A stretch of DNA of 64,000 nucleotides from Planktothrix sp. GU0601_MAG3 (GTDB taxonomy: Bacteria > Cyanobacteriota > Cyanobacteriia > Cyanobacteriales > Microcoleaceae): positions 3,508,578 to 3,572,577 of the forward strand of contig CP136572.1 of the NCBI GenBank assembly GCA_035193785.1, given 5' to 3'. Made by a program: the position numbers and the translations under genes. The notes below the pieces were generated by a model that was not told the DNA's origin, did no database searches, and saw nothing but the letters and a program-made list of their open reading frames with translations. Shown here one piece after another: positions 23,415 through 37,270 of the stretch; within the stretch, counting starts at the first letter, position 1; every line of letters starts with the position of its first letter.

Positions 23415-25119
23415 ATGACAATTTCTATGAATTTTAACTCATTGACTGTTGGGAAAAATAGCCATTTTAAACCTCGGACAATTCGACCCATTGGGGTTTC
23501 GGCTTTATATGGCTTAACGGGGTTAGGAAATACCCTATTGGCGATTGATACCTCCCGGGGATTTTTATTGCAAATTGACCCTAAAACCGATAATGCAACG
23601 GTGGTTAATCCTGATTTAACTTTAGCTTTTAGAGATGTGACGGGTTTGGCAATTTGGGAGGATAATCTTTGGTTTACTCGCGGAAATGAAGTCTATTTTT
23701 GTCCCCGGGTTGTTCAGGGTAATTCTATTATTAATCTGGAACCTCAATTGTTCATGCAGTTACCGGATGCGGCTACTGGAATTGCGGTTTATGAATCAAC
23801 TCTTTACTTTGCTTGCGATCGCACTGCTTCTATCCTAGTTTATAGTCAAAATACCAAACAAGAAATTACCCGCTTTTCCGCCCCGGGGATTGGGTTAGAA
23901 AACCTCACGATTAGAAATGAAGAATTATGGGTTTGCGATCGAGAAGAACAGACGGTTTATTGTTTAGAAAGAGCCACGGGAGAAACTCGTTTTAGTGTGT
24001 TAACTCCCTTTGAATCTCCCAGTGGTTTAACGTTTTATACTGACCCAGAAACGGCGGAAGAAGTTCTCTATGTAGCCTATGCAGGTAGTGAACTTTATAT
24101 CCGAGATAATCCCAGTTCCTATGAGCAATTTGAATTGGCAAAACGCAATCGTACGTTTATCCATCCCCTCTCTTTTCATTTTAATTCCCAAGAAAAATAT
24201 GCTACATCTAATGGCTATTTGATCGAGATGTCCTATGTGGAGGAGTTGGAACCCTTAGATGCGGTTCATATTGAAAATTTAGAATGGCGAATTGCCTTAC
24301 CTTCTAATACAAATCGCCAGAAAGTTTTAGAAGTTTCTGCCATTGGAATTCCTTTTCGAGAGGAATTTGAAGATGGGGAAAAAGTTGCAGTATTTCAATT
24401 TAATCCTTTAACTTCAACGGAACGTTTAATTTTTGGTTGGAAAGCCTTATTAGAAGTTCGGAGTATTAAATATCAAATCCATCCCCGTCAGGTGGAAAAT
24501 TTACCCAAACTTTCCTCGGATTTTCCCGAAAAATATTTTGTAGATGATGATCATTTAGCAATGGATACGGCGGTTGTCCAAGCAGCAGCTAAGGAAGCAA
24601 TTCGCAATGAAACCAATTTTCTGCGAAAACTTTTAGGTATTCGTAATTATGTTTATGATCAGTTATCCTATAGTCTGACTTCTAAGATTGAAAATCCCGA
24701 TGTAGTTTTGCAGCGAGGTATCGGTTTCCTGTGGTGAATATGTTGGGGTTTTATTAGCTTTAGCCCGATTAAATGGCATCGCCTGTCGAACAATTGGACG
24801 TTATAAATGCCCGCAATTTGCTGACCGTCGAGGAGTGCCTTTAGAACCGGAATATAATCATGTTTGGTTAGAATTTTATATCCCCGGTTTCGGTTGGGTT
24901 CCCATGGAATCTAACCCCGATGATATTCAAGAAGGCGGGCCCTATCCCCTACGATTTTTTATGGGATTAGCTTGGTATCATATTGAAATTGGCAAGGGTA
25001 TTCGTTTTCAACGGTTGACCACTGAAGGGGTTGATGTTGACCGCGAAAAAGTCTCTCTGGGAACCTTAGCCATTAATCATGTTCGGTTTACCATTTTAGA
25101 TGAGTTACCTGCGGTTTAA
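23415..25119 (+). CDS. Beta-propeller + transglutaminase-like protein (apparent frameshift at ~24724)
   Basis: Repair gives RGIGSCGEYVG...; NHVWLEFYIPGFGWVPME.NPD provides the Cys-His-acid triad. Confidence 0.85.
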
Positions 25120-25250
25120 ACCTTAGAAACCTGGTTGATGGATTGATACTTTTGCCAAATTGTTGTAGGGTGAGTGATGATTAATAAATTGATTTCACCC
25201 GCCCTACCGTTTGAATTAAAATAGATAAAAACTGGATTTTTTATTGACCT

Positions 25251-25400
25251 ATGGAAGTTTTACAAGAGTTAACCCTGGTTGAGATTTTGGTATTGCTGGC
25301 TTTTTCTATGTTGATCATTTTTACCGGAGGTGTTCTATATTTAACGGTGGCAGAATGGCGCGATCGCCGACGTCGAGAAGATGAAAAACGCCAACGGTAA
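25251..25400 (+). CDS. Small (49 aa) single-TM cyanobacterial protein
   Basis: MEVLQELTLVEILVLLAFSMLIIFTGGVLYLTVAEWRDRRRREDEKRQR*; below ORF-track cut-off. Confidence 0.75.
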   Translation: MEVLQELTLVEILVLLAFSMLIIFTGGVLYLTVAEWRDRRRREDEKRQR

Positions 25401-25436
25401 ATAATGGGTAATGGGTAATGGGTAATGGGTAATGGG

Positions 25437-26047
25437 TAAAATTTGTAGGGGCGGGTTCACCGATCAATTATGTCACCCAGCGATAATCTGAATAAACCCG
25501 CCCCCACCGATCAATTATGTTACCCACCGATAACCTTAATAAACTCGCCCCTACCCAACAAATAATCCCAAATAACTATCATTGAATAACTATTAAATTG
25601 AATTAATTGTTAATTTGTTGGTGGGGTTGGGGCGGGTTTTGATAATTTGTTGATGGGTGTCAAATATTCAGGCGAACCCGCCCCTACAGGAATTATTGGG
25701 AATTTCAGTATGATGTAGAGTTGGTTTTAGGGCGATCGCGATTTAATAAAATTTGTAGGGGCGGGTTCACCGATCAATTATGTCACCTACCGATAATCTG
25801 AATAAACCCGCCCCCACAGATCAATTATGTTACCCACCGATAACCTGAATAAACCCGACTCCACCCAACAAATAATCCCAAATAACTATCATTGAATAAC
25901 TATTAAATTGAATTAATTGTTAATTTGTTGGTGGGGTTGGGGCGGGTTTTGATAATTTGTTGATGGGTGTCAAATATTCAGGCGAACCCGCCCCAACGGG
26001 AATTATTGGGAATTTCAGTATGATGTAGAGTTGGTTTTAGGGCGATC
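25437..26047. repeat. Tandem duplication (310 bp period) of a REP-rich cassette
   Basis: 25437-25737 nearly identical to 25747-26047; each has several GTAGGGGCGGGTT/AACCCGCCCC arms; preceded by (TAATGGG)n. Confidence 0.9.
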
Positions 26048-26072
26048 TATATTGGCTTTTGCTATATATTAT

Positions 26073-28014
26073 TCAGCTATTTGCCTTTCCAATAGCTTGA
26101 GTAATCCGATCTAACAAAATTGCCAATAACACAATTCCCAGTCCCCCCACGGCCGCCATACCGACATCTAAACGCCCCATTCCTTGTAATACCGTTAAAC
26201 CCAGTCCGGGCACTGCAATCATCGAAGCAATTACCGACATTCCCAAAGCAAATAATACTGTTTGATTCACTCCTGCCAAAATTGTTGGTATCGCCAGGGG
26301 AATTTGCACTTCCCACAGGATTTGTCTGGGGGTTGAAACCAAAAGCATAGGCCGCCTCCACAACTTCGCCTGAGACTTGTCGAATACCCAAATTAGTGCA
26401 TCTAATTAAGGGGGGAAGGGCGTAGATAATTGTGGCAATTACCCCCGGAACTTCTCCAATTCCAAATAGCATCACGACGGGAACTAGATAGACGAAAGTT
26501 GGTAGGGTTTGCATGGCATCCAGCAGGGGTCTAAATACTTGCTCAAAGCGATCGCTCCGGGCACAGGCTACACCCAAGGGAATGCCGACTATGATGCAGA
26601 ATATAACCGCCGTAACCACTAGGGCAAGGGAAACCATCGCGGCTTCCCAGAGCCCAATAAAACCAATTAAGGTTAGAGCCAGCAGGCTATAAATTCCTAC
26701 TCCTTGTCCGGCAATTTTCCAGGTCATCAAGCTAATTAAAAGTAAGGAAATTAAAGGGGGAATTGCTAACAATAATCCGCGAATTTCTGTTAACACCCAA
26801 CTGATGGGAATACGAATGGTCTGGAAAAAAGGACGAAAGTTATCTACCAGGAAATTAATGGCGGCTGTAATCCACTTATCCAGAGGAATTGTGTAAAGTT
26901 GGAAGGGATTTAGTAAGATATTCAGTCCTGATAAACTTTTGCTGGTAGGATTGTTTTCTATAATTGGGGAATTTTCTGATAAATTGTTGCTGGTTTGATT
27001 TATTTGATTTAGCCAACTATCAAAAAGATCTTGATTTTGCTTAATCCATTCTTCGGCATGAAGACGAATATCTTGGGGTTTATCTTCGCCATTTTTAATC
27101 CGATAACTTTCCCGAATCATATCTTCATAGGGAATTTTTACCAGTTCCAAGAAATGTTTTACCGATGGATTTGTGGCTAAAAATTTCTTATTGGCAATCA
27201 CTCGATATTTGCCTTGAACCATGCCCAGATTTTTCCCATTTACAGATGTATCTTTGGCGGTAAGATTTTCAATATTGGAGGCGGTAAAAGGTACTTCTAA
27301 CCAAATAACATCTTTACCTACCTTCAGCACCTGACCCACCCAGAAAGGACTATAAACGTAGGAAAAAAAAGGTTCTCCTTGTTTGTAACGGGTTAAGGCA
27401 TCGGCAATTAGGGCGGTATAATTTCCCTGATTAATTTCCACAGTATTGCGTAGTTTGTAAGCATCCAAATGATGCTCCATTTCTAACTCACAACTCCAAC
27501 CCGGATCGCAACCAACTAGATCGGCTTTGCCATCTCCATCGCTATCAAATAGCTGGGCAATTTTTGGATCTTTAAATTGTTGTAAGTTAGTAATTCCATA
27601 TTTGTCAGCAGTCTTTTTATCAATCTGATAACCCTGCATCAGAGGAAAAAGTAGACCAACTTTCTCCAATTTTTTTTCACCGCCAGCATTTTGATAAAAT
27701 TGATTATGTCCGGGGTCTCCAAAGACGGGAGCAATATCTAAATCACCATTAGCAACTGCGGTATATAGGGCTGGATAGGCGACAGCCACCAGTGGCGCTG
27801 TTTTGTAACCGAGTTTCTCCAACCCAATATTAACAATCTCAGTTTGAAATCGATCCTCAATCCAATCACTCGTCCCTGAACGAATAGTAATACTATTTCT
27901 GGGTAGAGTAGAGTTTGTAGTCGTTTGTGCGCCGGAGGCAAAAGCCATTAAACCGATCAGAAATATAGTTCCTAGAACTAACAAAATTGATTTTTTCAGG
28001 CGTTGTTTAATCAT
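26073..28014 (-). CDS. Fused glycine betaine/proline ABC transporter substrate-binding protein (ProX) + permease (ProW); apparent frameshift at ~26335
   Basis: ProX-like [34 protein letters not shown] followed in frame by [37 protein letters not shown]. Confidence 0.88.
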
Positions 28015-28147
28015 CTTTAAGAATTAAGAATTACGAATTACGAATGTGGTAAGGGCGGGTTCAATCAGATATTTGTTGATTAACTGAAATTTTGATGAAC
28101 CCGCCCCTACAATTAGCTGTTTCATATCAGTTGTAAATTATTACCAT

Positions 28148-29352
28148 CTATTTAAGATTGCTATTAAAATTACTAATACTAGCCAGGACATCTGCCTGTT
28201 CTAAAACTCCCTTAAACTTTCCTATTTCATCAACCACTACTAGGCTTGGTTCGTGGCGGTAAAGATGAAAAATATCCTCTAAAGGCACTGTGGATTTCAC
28301 TTGGGAAAAGTTAGTTTGCATCAATTTAGTAATATCTTTAATTTCTTGGTTAATTGCCAGAGCAAGCTGTTGGGAATCAACAAAACCGACGGGTTCTCTG
28401 TTAGAATTGAGTACATATATTCGCGGTATATTTTGGCTTTGTATCTGTTTGAGTGCTATTTGATCTAAATCTTCACCGAGAATTAAGCAAATAGTTGGAC
28501 GGGCAATCATTCCCGCTTTGAGAATTTGCCCCCGATTAATATCTTGAATAAAGCTACGGATATAATCATTTGTTGGTTGATTTAATAGTTCTTCTGGAGT
28601 CCCAATTTGAACAATTTCCCCGTCTTTCATCACCGCAATCCGATCACCTATTTTCATTGCTTCTTGGGTATCGTGACTAACAAAAACAATCGTTTTGTTC
28701 AACTCTTTTTGGAGTCTTAATAATTCATCCTGCATCTCCCTTCGAGTTAAGGGGTCAAGGGCGCTGAAAGGTTCATCCATCAGCAAAATCTCGGCATCCG
28801 TTGCCAAAGCACGAGCTAGTCCCACCCGTTGCTGCATCCCACCACTGAGGGCAGAAGGCAAATAATCCGCCCATGGAGCCAGCCCAACCACTTCCAGGGT
28901 TTCTAAAGCCTTTCTCCGACGTTTTGCCTGACTCATCCCTCGTAACTTCAACCCGTATTCCACATTATCGCTAACGGTTTTCTATGGGGAAATAAGCCAA
29001 AATGCTGAAACACCATTGATATTTTAGTGAGACGGATTTGACGAATGCGTTTTTCATCTAAATGAGCAATATCCTGATCGTCAATATAAATCTGTCCACT
29101 GGTTGGGGTAATCAAACGATTAATACAACGAAGCAGAGTCGATTTACCCGAACCGGACAATCCCATCACCACAAAAATTTCACCTTGGTTGATGGTAAAA
29201 GACACATCTGCAATGCCGAGAACCTGACCAGTAGCTTGCAAGATAGCATCTCGATTAGCTCCTTTTTCAAACAGGTTCAGTGCAGCATGACAGTTATCTC
29301 CATAAATCTTAATCAGATGTTCGATACGAATTTTGGCTTTAGGATAACTCAT
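28148..29352 (-). CDS. proV: Glycine betaine/proline ABC transporter ATP-binding subunit with CBS-like tail (apparent +2 frameshift at ~28977)
   Basis: GLSGSGKSTL, MVFQHFGLFPH, LSGGMQQRVGLARALA, LMDEPFSALDP. Confidence 0.92.
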
Positions 29353-29457
29353 GCTTTACCCGATTTCTCCAGATGGTAGTTGCAAACAATTATTGATTAA
29401 CAGATAGTAGGTTTGGTCTGCAAACCCCTAGGGATTTTTTTCCCAAATCAATTAGTA

Positions 29458-29570
29458 ATATAAAATCCTGAAATTGATGCTACATAACTCCCCCAAACCC
29501 CGCGTAGAGAAATGCCATGGCGCGTCTCTACACGATACAGATGCGTAGCAAACATTTAAGGATTTCATAT
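29458..29570. mobile_element. Putative MITE with imperfect terminal inverted repeats and internal REP
   Basis: ATATAAAATCCTGAAATTGATGCTAC ... GTAGCAAACATTTAAGGATTTCATAT; internal GTAGAGA..TCTCTAC palindrome. Confidence 0.5.
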
Positions 29571-29699
29571 AATAACCGATGCCCGCCTTGAGGGTTAAGG
29601 ATAGAGTACAATAGGCACACAGACTTACGGGAGGTCAATTTCGGCGTCCACTACTTAATTGCACCACCCAGTCACCCTTTTAGAGTTTCTAGCGTCATA

Positions 29700-30234
29700 A
29701 TGCCGATTGCCAAACTGTTCAATTCAATCACTCTCCCCCTGGGGTTTCATCCTGCTGTTACCCATGGCCCTAGTCGGTGGTTTTGTCACGGATAGTGTAG
29801 CCAGTTATGCCCAAACCGCACCCCCCGCGAAAAACGCCGTTGGGCGGGCGATGACCGTGCGCTCCGATATTCAAGAGGCTGATGCTCAAACGGGAATTGT
29901 CACCGCCCGGGGGAATGTTCAAATTAATTATCCTGCGCGTAGTATTCAGGCTACCGCAGCCCAAGCCCAATATTTCAGTCGAGAACGTCGAATTATTCTC
30001 AGTGGAAATGTCTTTGTTTTACAAGAGGGGAATACTATTCGCGGGGAAACCGTCACCTATTTAATTGATGAAGGACGGTTTATTGCCCTACCGCAAGGGG
30101 GAGGACAGGTAGAATCCATGTATTTAGTCCCCGATGAAAGTGCCAGCCCGAAAAACGCCACCGTTGAACCTTTTAATCCTAAACCTGCCTTTAAAACCCC
30201 ATTAAGTTCACCTTCAGCACCGCGTAATCCTTAA
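29700..30234 (+). CDS. lptA: LptA/OstA family protein (apparent frameshift at ~29744)
   Basis: SDIQEAD, TARGNV, ATAAQAQY, LSGNV; ATG 29700 becomes in frame after GTTTC repair; upstream of lptB. Confidence 0.82.
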
Positions 30235-30256
30235 ATTATTTCTAACAAATCTGGTT

Positions 30257-30985
30257 ATGAAAATAGTGCTGGAGAATATTCACAAATCCTACCGTAAACG
30301 CATAGTTGTTAGTCGAGTAAATTTATCAGTTTCCCAAGGGGAAATTGTGGGATTATTGGGGCCGAATGGTGCAGGTAAAACCACAACTTTTTATATTGCT
30401 ACGGGATTAGAAAAACCGAGCCAGGGGAATGTTTATCTGAATGAAATTGATATTACAAATTTACCGATTCATCAACGCGCCCGTTTAGGAATTGGTTATC
30501 TAACGCAACAGGCTAGTATTTTTCGACATCTGAGTGTCAGGGATAACATTTTATTGGTATTGCAAGAAACCCGTGTTCCGCGTCATTTGTGGCAAAAACG
30601 TCTGCATACTTTACTCAGGGAATTTCGCTTAGAAAAAGTAGCCTCAACTTTAGGTTATCAGGTTTCTGGGGGAGAACGACGACGGACGGAACTAGCCCGA
30701 GCTTTGGCGGCGGGATTAGAATTACCTCAGTTTTTGCTCCTAGATGAACCCTTTGCTGGCGTTGACCCAATTGCAGTTTCTGAAATTCAAGAAATTGTGG
30801 CTCAGTTACGCACTCAGAATATGGGAATTTTGATTACGGATCATAATGTTAGGGAGACTTTAGCGATTACAGACCGAGCTTATATTATGCGCGATGGACA
30901 AATTTTTGCCTCGGGAACGGCTGAAGAACTCTATAATAATCCCCTAGTGCGGCAGTATTATTTAGGTGACAATTTTCAACTATGA
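30257..30985 (+). CDS. lptB: LPS export ABC transporter ATP-binding protein
   Basis: GLLGPNGAGKTT, SGGERRRTE, LDEPFAGVDP, ITDHNVRETL, VRQYYLG. Confidence 0.95.
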   Translation: MKIVLENIHKSYRKRIVVSRVNLSVSQGEIVGLLGPNGAGKTTTFYIATGLEKPSQGNVYLNEIDITNLPIHQRARLGIGYLTQQASIFRHLSVRDNILLVLQETRVPRHLWQKRLHTLLREFRLEKVASTLGYQVSGGERRRTELARALAAGLELPQFLLLDEPFAGVDPIAVSEIQEIVAQLRTQNMGILITDHNVRETLAITDRAYIMRDGQIFASGTAEELYNNPLVRQYYLGDNFQL

Positions 30986-32161
30986 AAATTACTCTTGATA
31001 AGTCTTTTATTTCTGGTAAGTTTCTCCTGCCCTATCTTCCAATTTTAGATCGATATTTAATCCAAGAATTAGTTCCGCCCTTTGTCTTTGGAGTGGGATT
31101 ATTTAGTTCCGTTGCGTTAACTGTAGGAAACGGTTTTTGAATTGGTTCGACAGGTGGCGGAGTCGGGTTTGGCAGTAGCGATCGCGGTCGAGGTTTTTCT
31201 CTTAAAAATGCCGGAATTTGTCGTTTTAGCCTTTCCCATGGCGATGATTTTAAGTACCTTAATGGTCTATGGTCGTTTATCTAGTGATAGTGAATTAATT
31301 GCCCTAAAAAGTTGTGGAATTAGTATATATCGGCTATTAGTACCCACATTAATTTTTAGTTTAATAATCACGGGTTTAACCTTTTGGTTTAATGAGGTGA
31401 TTGTCCCGGCAGCTAATTATAAAGCTTCCGTCACCTATGAACAGGCATTAAATGAAGGCAATCTTCCCGTTCAAGAAGATAATATTTTTTATCCCGAATA
31501 TGAGAAAATTAAAATAGAAGGAACGGATAAAAAATTTAGTCGTTTAGTGCGGTTATTTTATGCCCAAAGATTTGATCAAGGTCAAATGTTAGAGGTGACA
31601 ATCTTAGATCTTTCTCAACCGGAATTAACTCAAATTATTTCTTCAAAATCTGCCAATTGGAATTTTTCTGCTAATACTTGGGATTTTTTCAATGGCACGG
31701 TTTATATTGTAAATCCCGATGGATCTTATCGGAATATTGTTCGTTTTGATCATAAACAGATTAAACTCTCCCGTACTCCCCTAGATTTAGCGTCACGGAA
31801 ACGAGGGTTTGATGAGATGAATATTGCTCAAGCTCGAGATTATTTAAAGTTAATGAAATTGAGTGGAGATCAACAAAAAATTATTAAAACTAAGGTTAGA
31901 ATTCAACAAAAATATGCTCTCCCTTTTTCCTGTGTTGTCTTTGCTTTATTGGGTGTGGCATTAGGAAGTAGACCCCAAAGTACAAGTAAAGCCACCAGTT
32001 TTGGGATTAGTGTAATTGTGATTTTCGGATATTATTTACTTTCTTTTATTACCGGAGCATTAGGTCAAAAAGAAATTCTAACTCCCTTTTTTGCAGCTTG
32101 GTCACCTACATTTTTAGGAATTGGAATTGCGAGTTTTTTATTGGTTCGTTCTTCCAAGTAA
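30982..32161 (+). CDS. LptF/LptG family permease (apparent frameshift at ~31127)
   Basis: ATGA overlap with lptB; ILDRYL, RLSSDSELIALKSCGIS, AAWSP. Confidence 0.9.
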
Positions 32162-32203
32162 TATCATTAATAAATCACAACTTAGAAACCTTTAAATTTC
32201 TAA

Positions 32204-33919
<1,716 letters not shown>

Positions 33920-34022
33920 AGGACAGCACCCCACCCATGGACAATTAGACCCGACCGGGTGCCATTCTAATTCCCTGTTTAATTCTTAGGCTGAATTATC
34001 CTAGAATTGTTAACTTAAACCG

Positions 34023-35394
34023 CAGGGAAGTCCCCCGCTCTACAATAACCCAGGTGAGCGATGGGATGAAAGGCGGGTCAACGTAGGTACGGAGTTGACC
34101 AAATCTTTTGTCAGTATTATGTAGTAAGATATTCAGACCAAGAGGTGCAAATCGAGTGCTACACAAAGCTGTACAAGTCCGTCTGTATCCAACTGCATTG
34201 CAAGAAGCACATCTCGCCCAAACATTTGGATGTTCGCGCTGGTGGTGGAATTATGCTTTAAATAAATCGATTCAGGTTTATCAAGATACGGGTTCATGTC
34301 TGGGACAGGTAGCACTCAACGCCCTACTACCTAAACTCAAAAAAGCCGAAGATACCCTGTGGTTAGCTAATTGTTATAGTCAGGTTTTACAATCTACAAC
34401 ACTTAATTTAACCACTGCTTACAAAAACTTTTTTGAGCAACGTGCAGGTTTCCCTAAGTTTAAATCTAAACATGGTAAACAGTCAATTCAATACCCTCAA
34501 AATGTCAAAATTGTTGATGGTAATGTCAAACTTCCTGGCAATATTGGGATAGTCAAAGCTAAAATACATAGACCAATTGCAGGGAAAATCAAGACTGTAA
34601 CTGTTAGTAAAACACCATCAGGCAAATATTTGGCATCTATCCTGACAGAAATTGAAGGAGAAAATCCCACTATTTCAGAAGGTAAAATCTATGGTATTGA
34701 CTTAGGAATCAAACACTTTGCCGTTGTTACTGATGGTGAAAAGGTTTCTAAATATGACAATCCTAAACATCTTGCTAAACATGAGAAAAATCTCAAACGC
34801 AAACAGAAGAAATTAGCGCGTAAACAAAAGGGGAGTAAATCCAGAAATAAATATCGTCAAGTTGTGGCCAAACTGTACGAACGAGTGAGTAATTCTCGGC
34901 AAGATTTTTTACATAAACTTAGTCATAAGTTGGTCAGCGATAGCCAAGCTGTTATAGTAGAAAATCTTCCTGTCAAAGGCATGGTTCGTAATCACAATTT
35001 GGCAAAAGCAATATCTGATGCAGGATGGGGAACTTTCAACAATTTCTTAGCTTACAAACTAGAACGAAAAGGCGGTAAGTTAGTGGAGATTGATAGATGG
35101 TTTCCCAGTTCCAAACTCTGTTCTAATTGTTTCTATCAAGTCAGTCAGATGCCATTGGATGTTCGTGAATGGACTTGTCCTGATTGTGGTACTGATCATG
35201 ATCGGGATGGAAACGCAGCTATGAATATTAGAGCAGAGGGTATCAGAATCCTAAAGACGGATGGTTTCAGCCGTTTCTGCTGTAGGAGGGGAGGTAAGAC
35301 CAAAAGGGGGATGCAAGTCCGTCTTGAGGCATTCGCCTGTGAGTACAGAAGTCCACACTGTACTTGGTACTCCAAGTCAGTGTGGGTAGTTCAC
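34023..35394 (+). mobile_element. IS200/IS605-family (IS1341-group) tnpB-only element
   Basis: Structured left end after pyrG (boundary approximate); right-end hairpin CCACACTG...CAGTGTGG followed by TAGTTCAC; no tnpA. Confidence 0.8.
34156..35389 (+). CDS. tnpB: RNA-guided endonuclease TnpB (apparent frameshift at ~35264 in C-terminal tail)
   Basis: HTH RLYP..Q; RuvC GIDLG, VIVENL, DRDGNAA; Zn ribbon CSNC/CPDC. Confidence 0.93.
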
Positions 35395-35577
35395 TTCAGT
35401 CAGAAAGAAAGAGCAGGGGCATAAATTTCTAATTTCAGAGGAGATTTTGATCCTATCTAATCGTTAATTATTCTATAATGATGCAGAATGGGTAAGCGAT
35501 CATTGTCCTCTGGTCTGTTGATCCGATTTACAAGCGAGTTGAGTCCCGGGAAGGATTCACAGGTCTGAGGAGGTTCT

Positions 35578-35997
35578 GTGGCGTACTGGATCAAAATGAA
35601 TTATGAGCGAGAAACCTATCTTGTTGATCTCGATAGTGTAAGTGCGTTCGCGTCTGGATTTAATAAACGGATTGCCTTTTGGTTGCCAGCTAATGGCAAA
35701 CAAATGATTATTAACCATCAAATTAATCCCAAAACCTATGAGGATATTTTAGGGTATATTCAAAGAATTACAACCCATTGCCCAACGAACTATTGGGTTA
35801 GAATTGTTTATGACCGTCACGAATATATTATTGACTTGAATCGTCTTAACACCTTTGTAATTGATTCGAGCCAACGCATTACATTTTGGCTTCCCGACGG
35901 TAAAGAACCCGTTATTATTAACCCTCAAACCAATGCTGAAGCCTATTCTAAAATTTTAGATTTTATTCACAATAAAACCGGGCATTCTTTGCCATAA
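35578..35997 (+). CDS. Conserved hypothetical protein with internal duplication
   Basis: YWIKMNYERETYLVDLD..RIAFWLP vs YWVRIVYDRHEYIIDLN..RITFWLP; AGGAGG RBS. Confidence 0.8.
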   Translation: MAYWIKMNYERETYLVDLDSVSAFASGFNKRIAFWLPANGKQMIINHQINPKTYEDILGYIQRITTHCPTNYWVRIVYDRHEYIIDLNRLNTFVIDSSQRITFWLPDGKEPVIINPQTNAEAYSKILDFIHNKTGHSLP

Positions 35998-36000
35998 AGG

Positions 36001-36320
36001 AATTACGAATTACGAATTACGAATTACGAATGGGTAATGGGTAATGGGTAATGGGTAATGGGTAATGGGTAATGGGTAATGGGTAATGGGTAATGGGTAA
36101 TGGGTAATAACAAGAGTTTACCTCCCCTGCCTCCCCTGCTCCCTGCTCCCCCTGCCTCCCCTGCTCCCCCTACTCCCCCTGCCTCCCCTGCTCCCCCTAC
36201 TCCCCCTGCTCCCCCTGCCTCCCCTACTCCCCTACTCCCCTACTCCCCTACTCCCCTACTCCCCTACTCCCCCTGCCTCCCCTGCCTCCCCTGCTCCCCT
36301 CAACCCCTCAACCCCTCAAC
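36001..36320. repeat. STRR block: (GAATTAC)n (AATGGGT)n followed by CCCCT[A/G]C[C]T micro-repeats
   Basis: Direct reading; between convergent genes. Confidence 0.9.
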
Positions 36321-37252
36321 CCCTTTGTCGCCAAAGTTTAATTGTTCCATCCGTACTTCCACTAACAATTAAATCTTCAGAAGGACTATAAACCACCGTC
36401 CCAATCCCACCTGTATGACCAGTGAGGGTCTGAATTGATTCTGATTGGTTTCCGACCTGTAAATTTGGGCTGATTTGCCATAGCATTAAGGTTTGATCCT
36501 GACTCCCACTCACTAAAATTTCACCGTTTGGAGAAAAAGCCAGGGATTTCACAGCACCCGTATGACCAGGGAAAGTTACTAACTCTTGACCAATTTCCAG
36601 CCACCAGAGTTTAATGGTTTTGTCCTCACTTCCCGTGGCTACGGTTAAACCATCGGGACTAAAAGCCACTGACCAAACGGGGAAGGAATGACCGACTAAA
36701 AGAGCATCGGAATATCGGTGATCCAAACTCCATAATCCCACCGTCCCATCTCCACAGCCACTGGCCAAGAACAAACCATCGGGACTAAAAGCTAATGACC
36801 AAATCGGAAAGGAATGGGCTTTAAAAGGGGGCAGAGGTTGATTAGAGGTTAAATCCCAAAACCCAATCATGCCGTCAAAACTGCCCGCAGCCAAAAGTTG
36901 GCCATTGGGGCTAAAGGCTAAAGAACAAATGGGAAACCGATAGTCCTAAGTCCAATACTTGATTTTGGCGAGTGATTATATTCCAAAGATGAACATTTTT
37001 GTCAGATTCAATCGCTAGTATGGGAGAATTTGGACTGAATGTTAACCCATAGCCAGAATATTCTCGGTCTAAATTCTCAGCTAGAATGATAGGTTTGCAG
37101 GGGGTTTTCAAGTTATAGATTTGTAAAGTGGTGTCATCACTGCGACTGGCAATAAGTTGGCCATCACAACTAATCGCAACCACTCGTACTGCATCGGAAT
37201 GGATAGGAAGGGTATCACAACATTCCCAATTTAAAAGTTGAGGCTGTAGCAT
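36316..37252 (-). CDS. WD40 repeat protein (apparent frameshift at ~36933)
   Basis: Repeated GH...[18 protein letters not shown] units. Confidence 0.9.
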
Positions 37253-37270
37253 ATTGAAGGAGTTAATCTC

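Noticed and set aside
36100..36372. Pro-rich 90 aa ORF
   Set aside because: Translation of simple-sequence repeats
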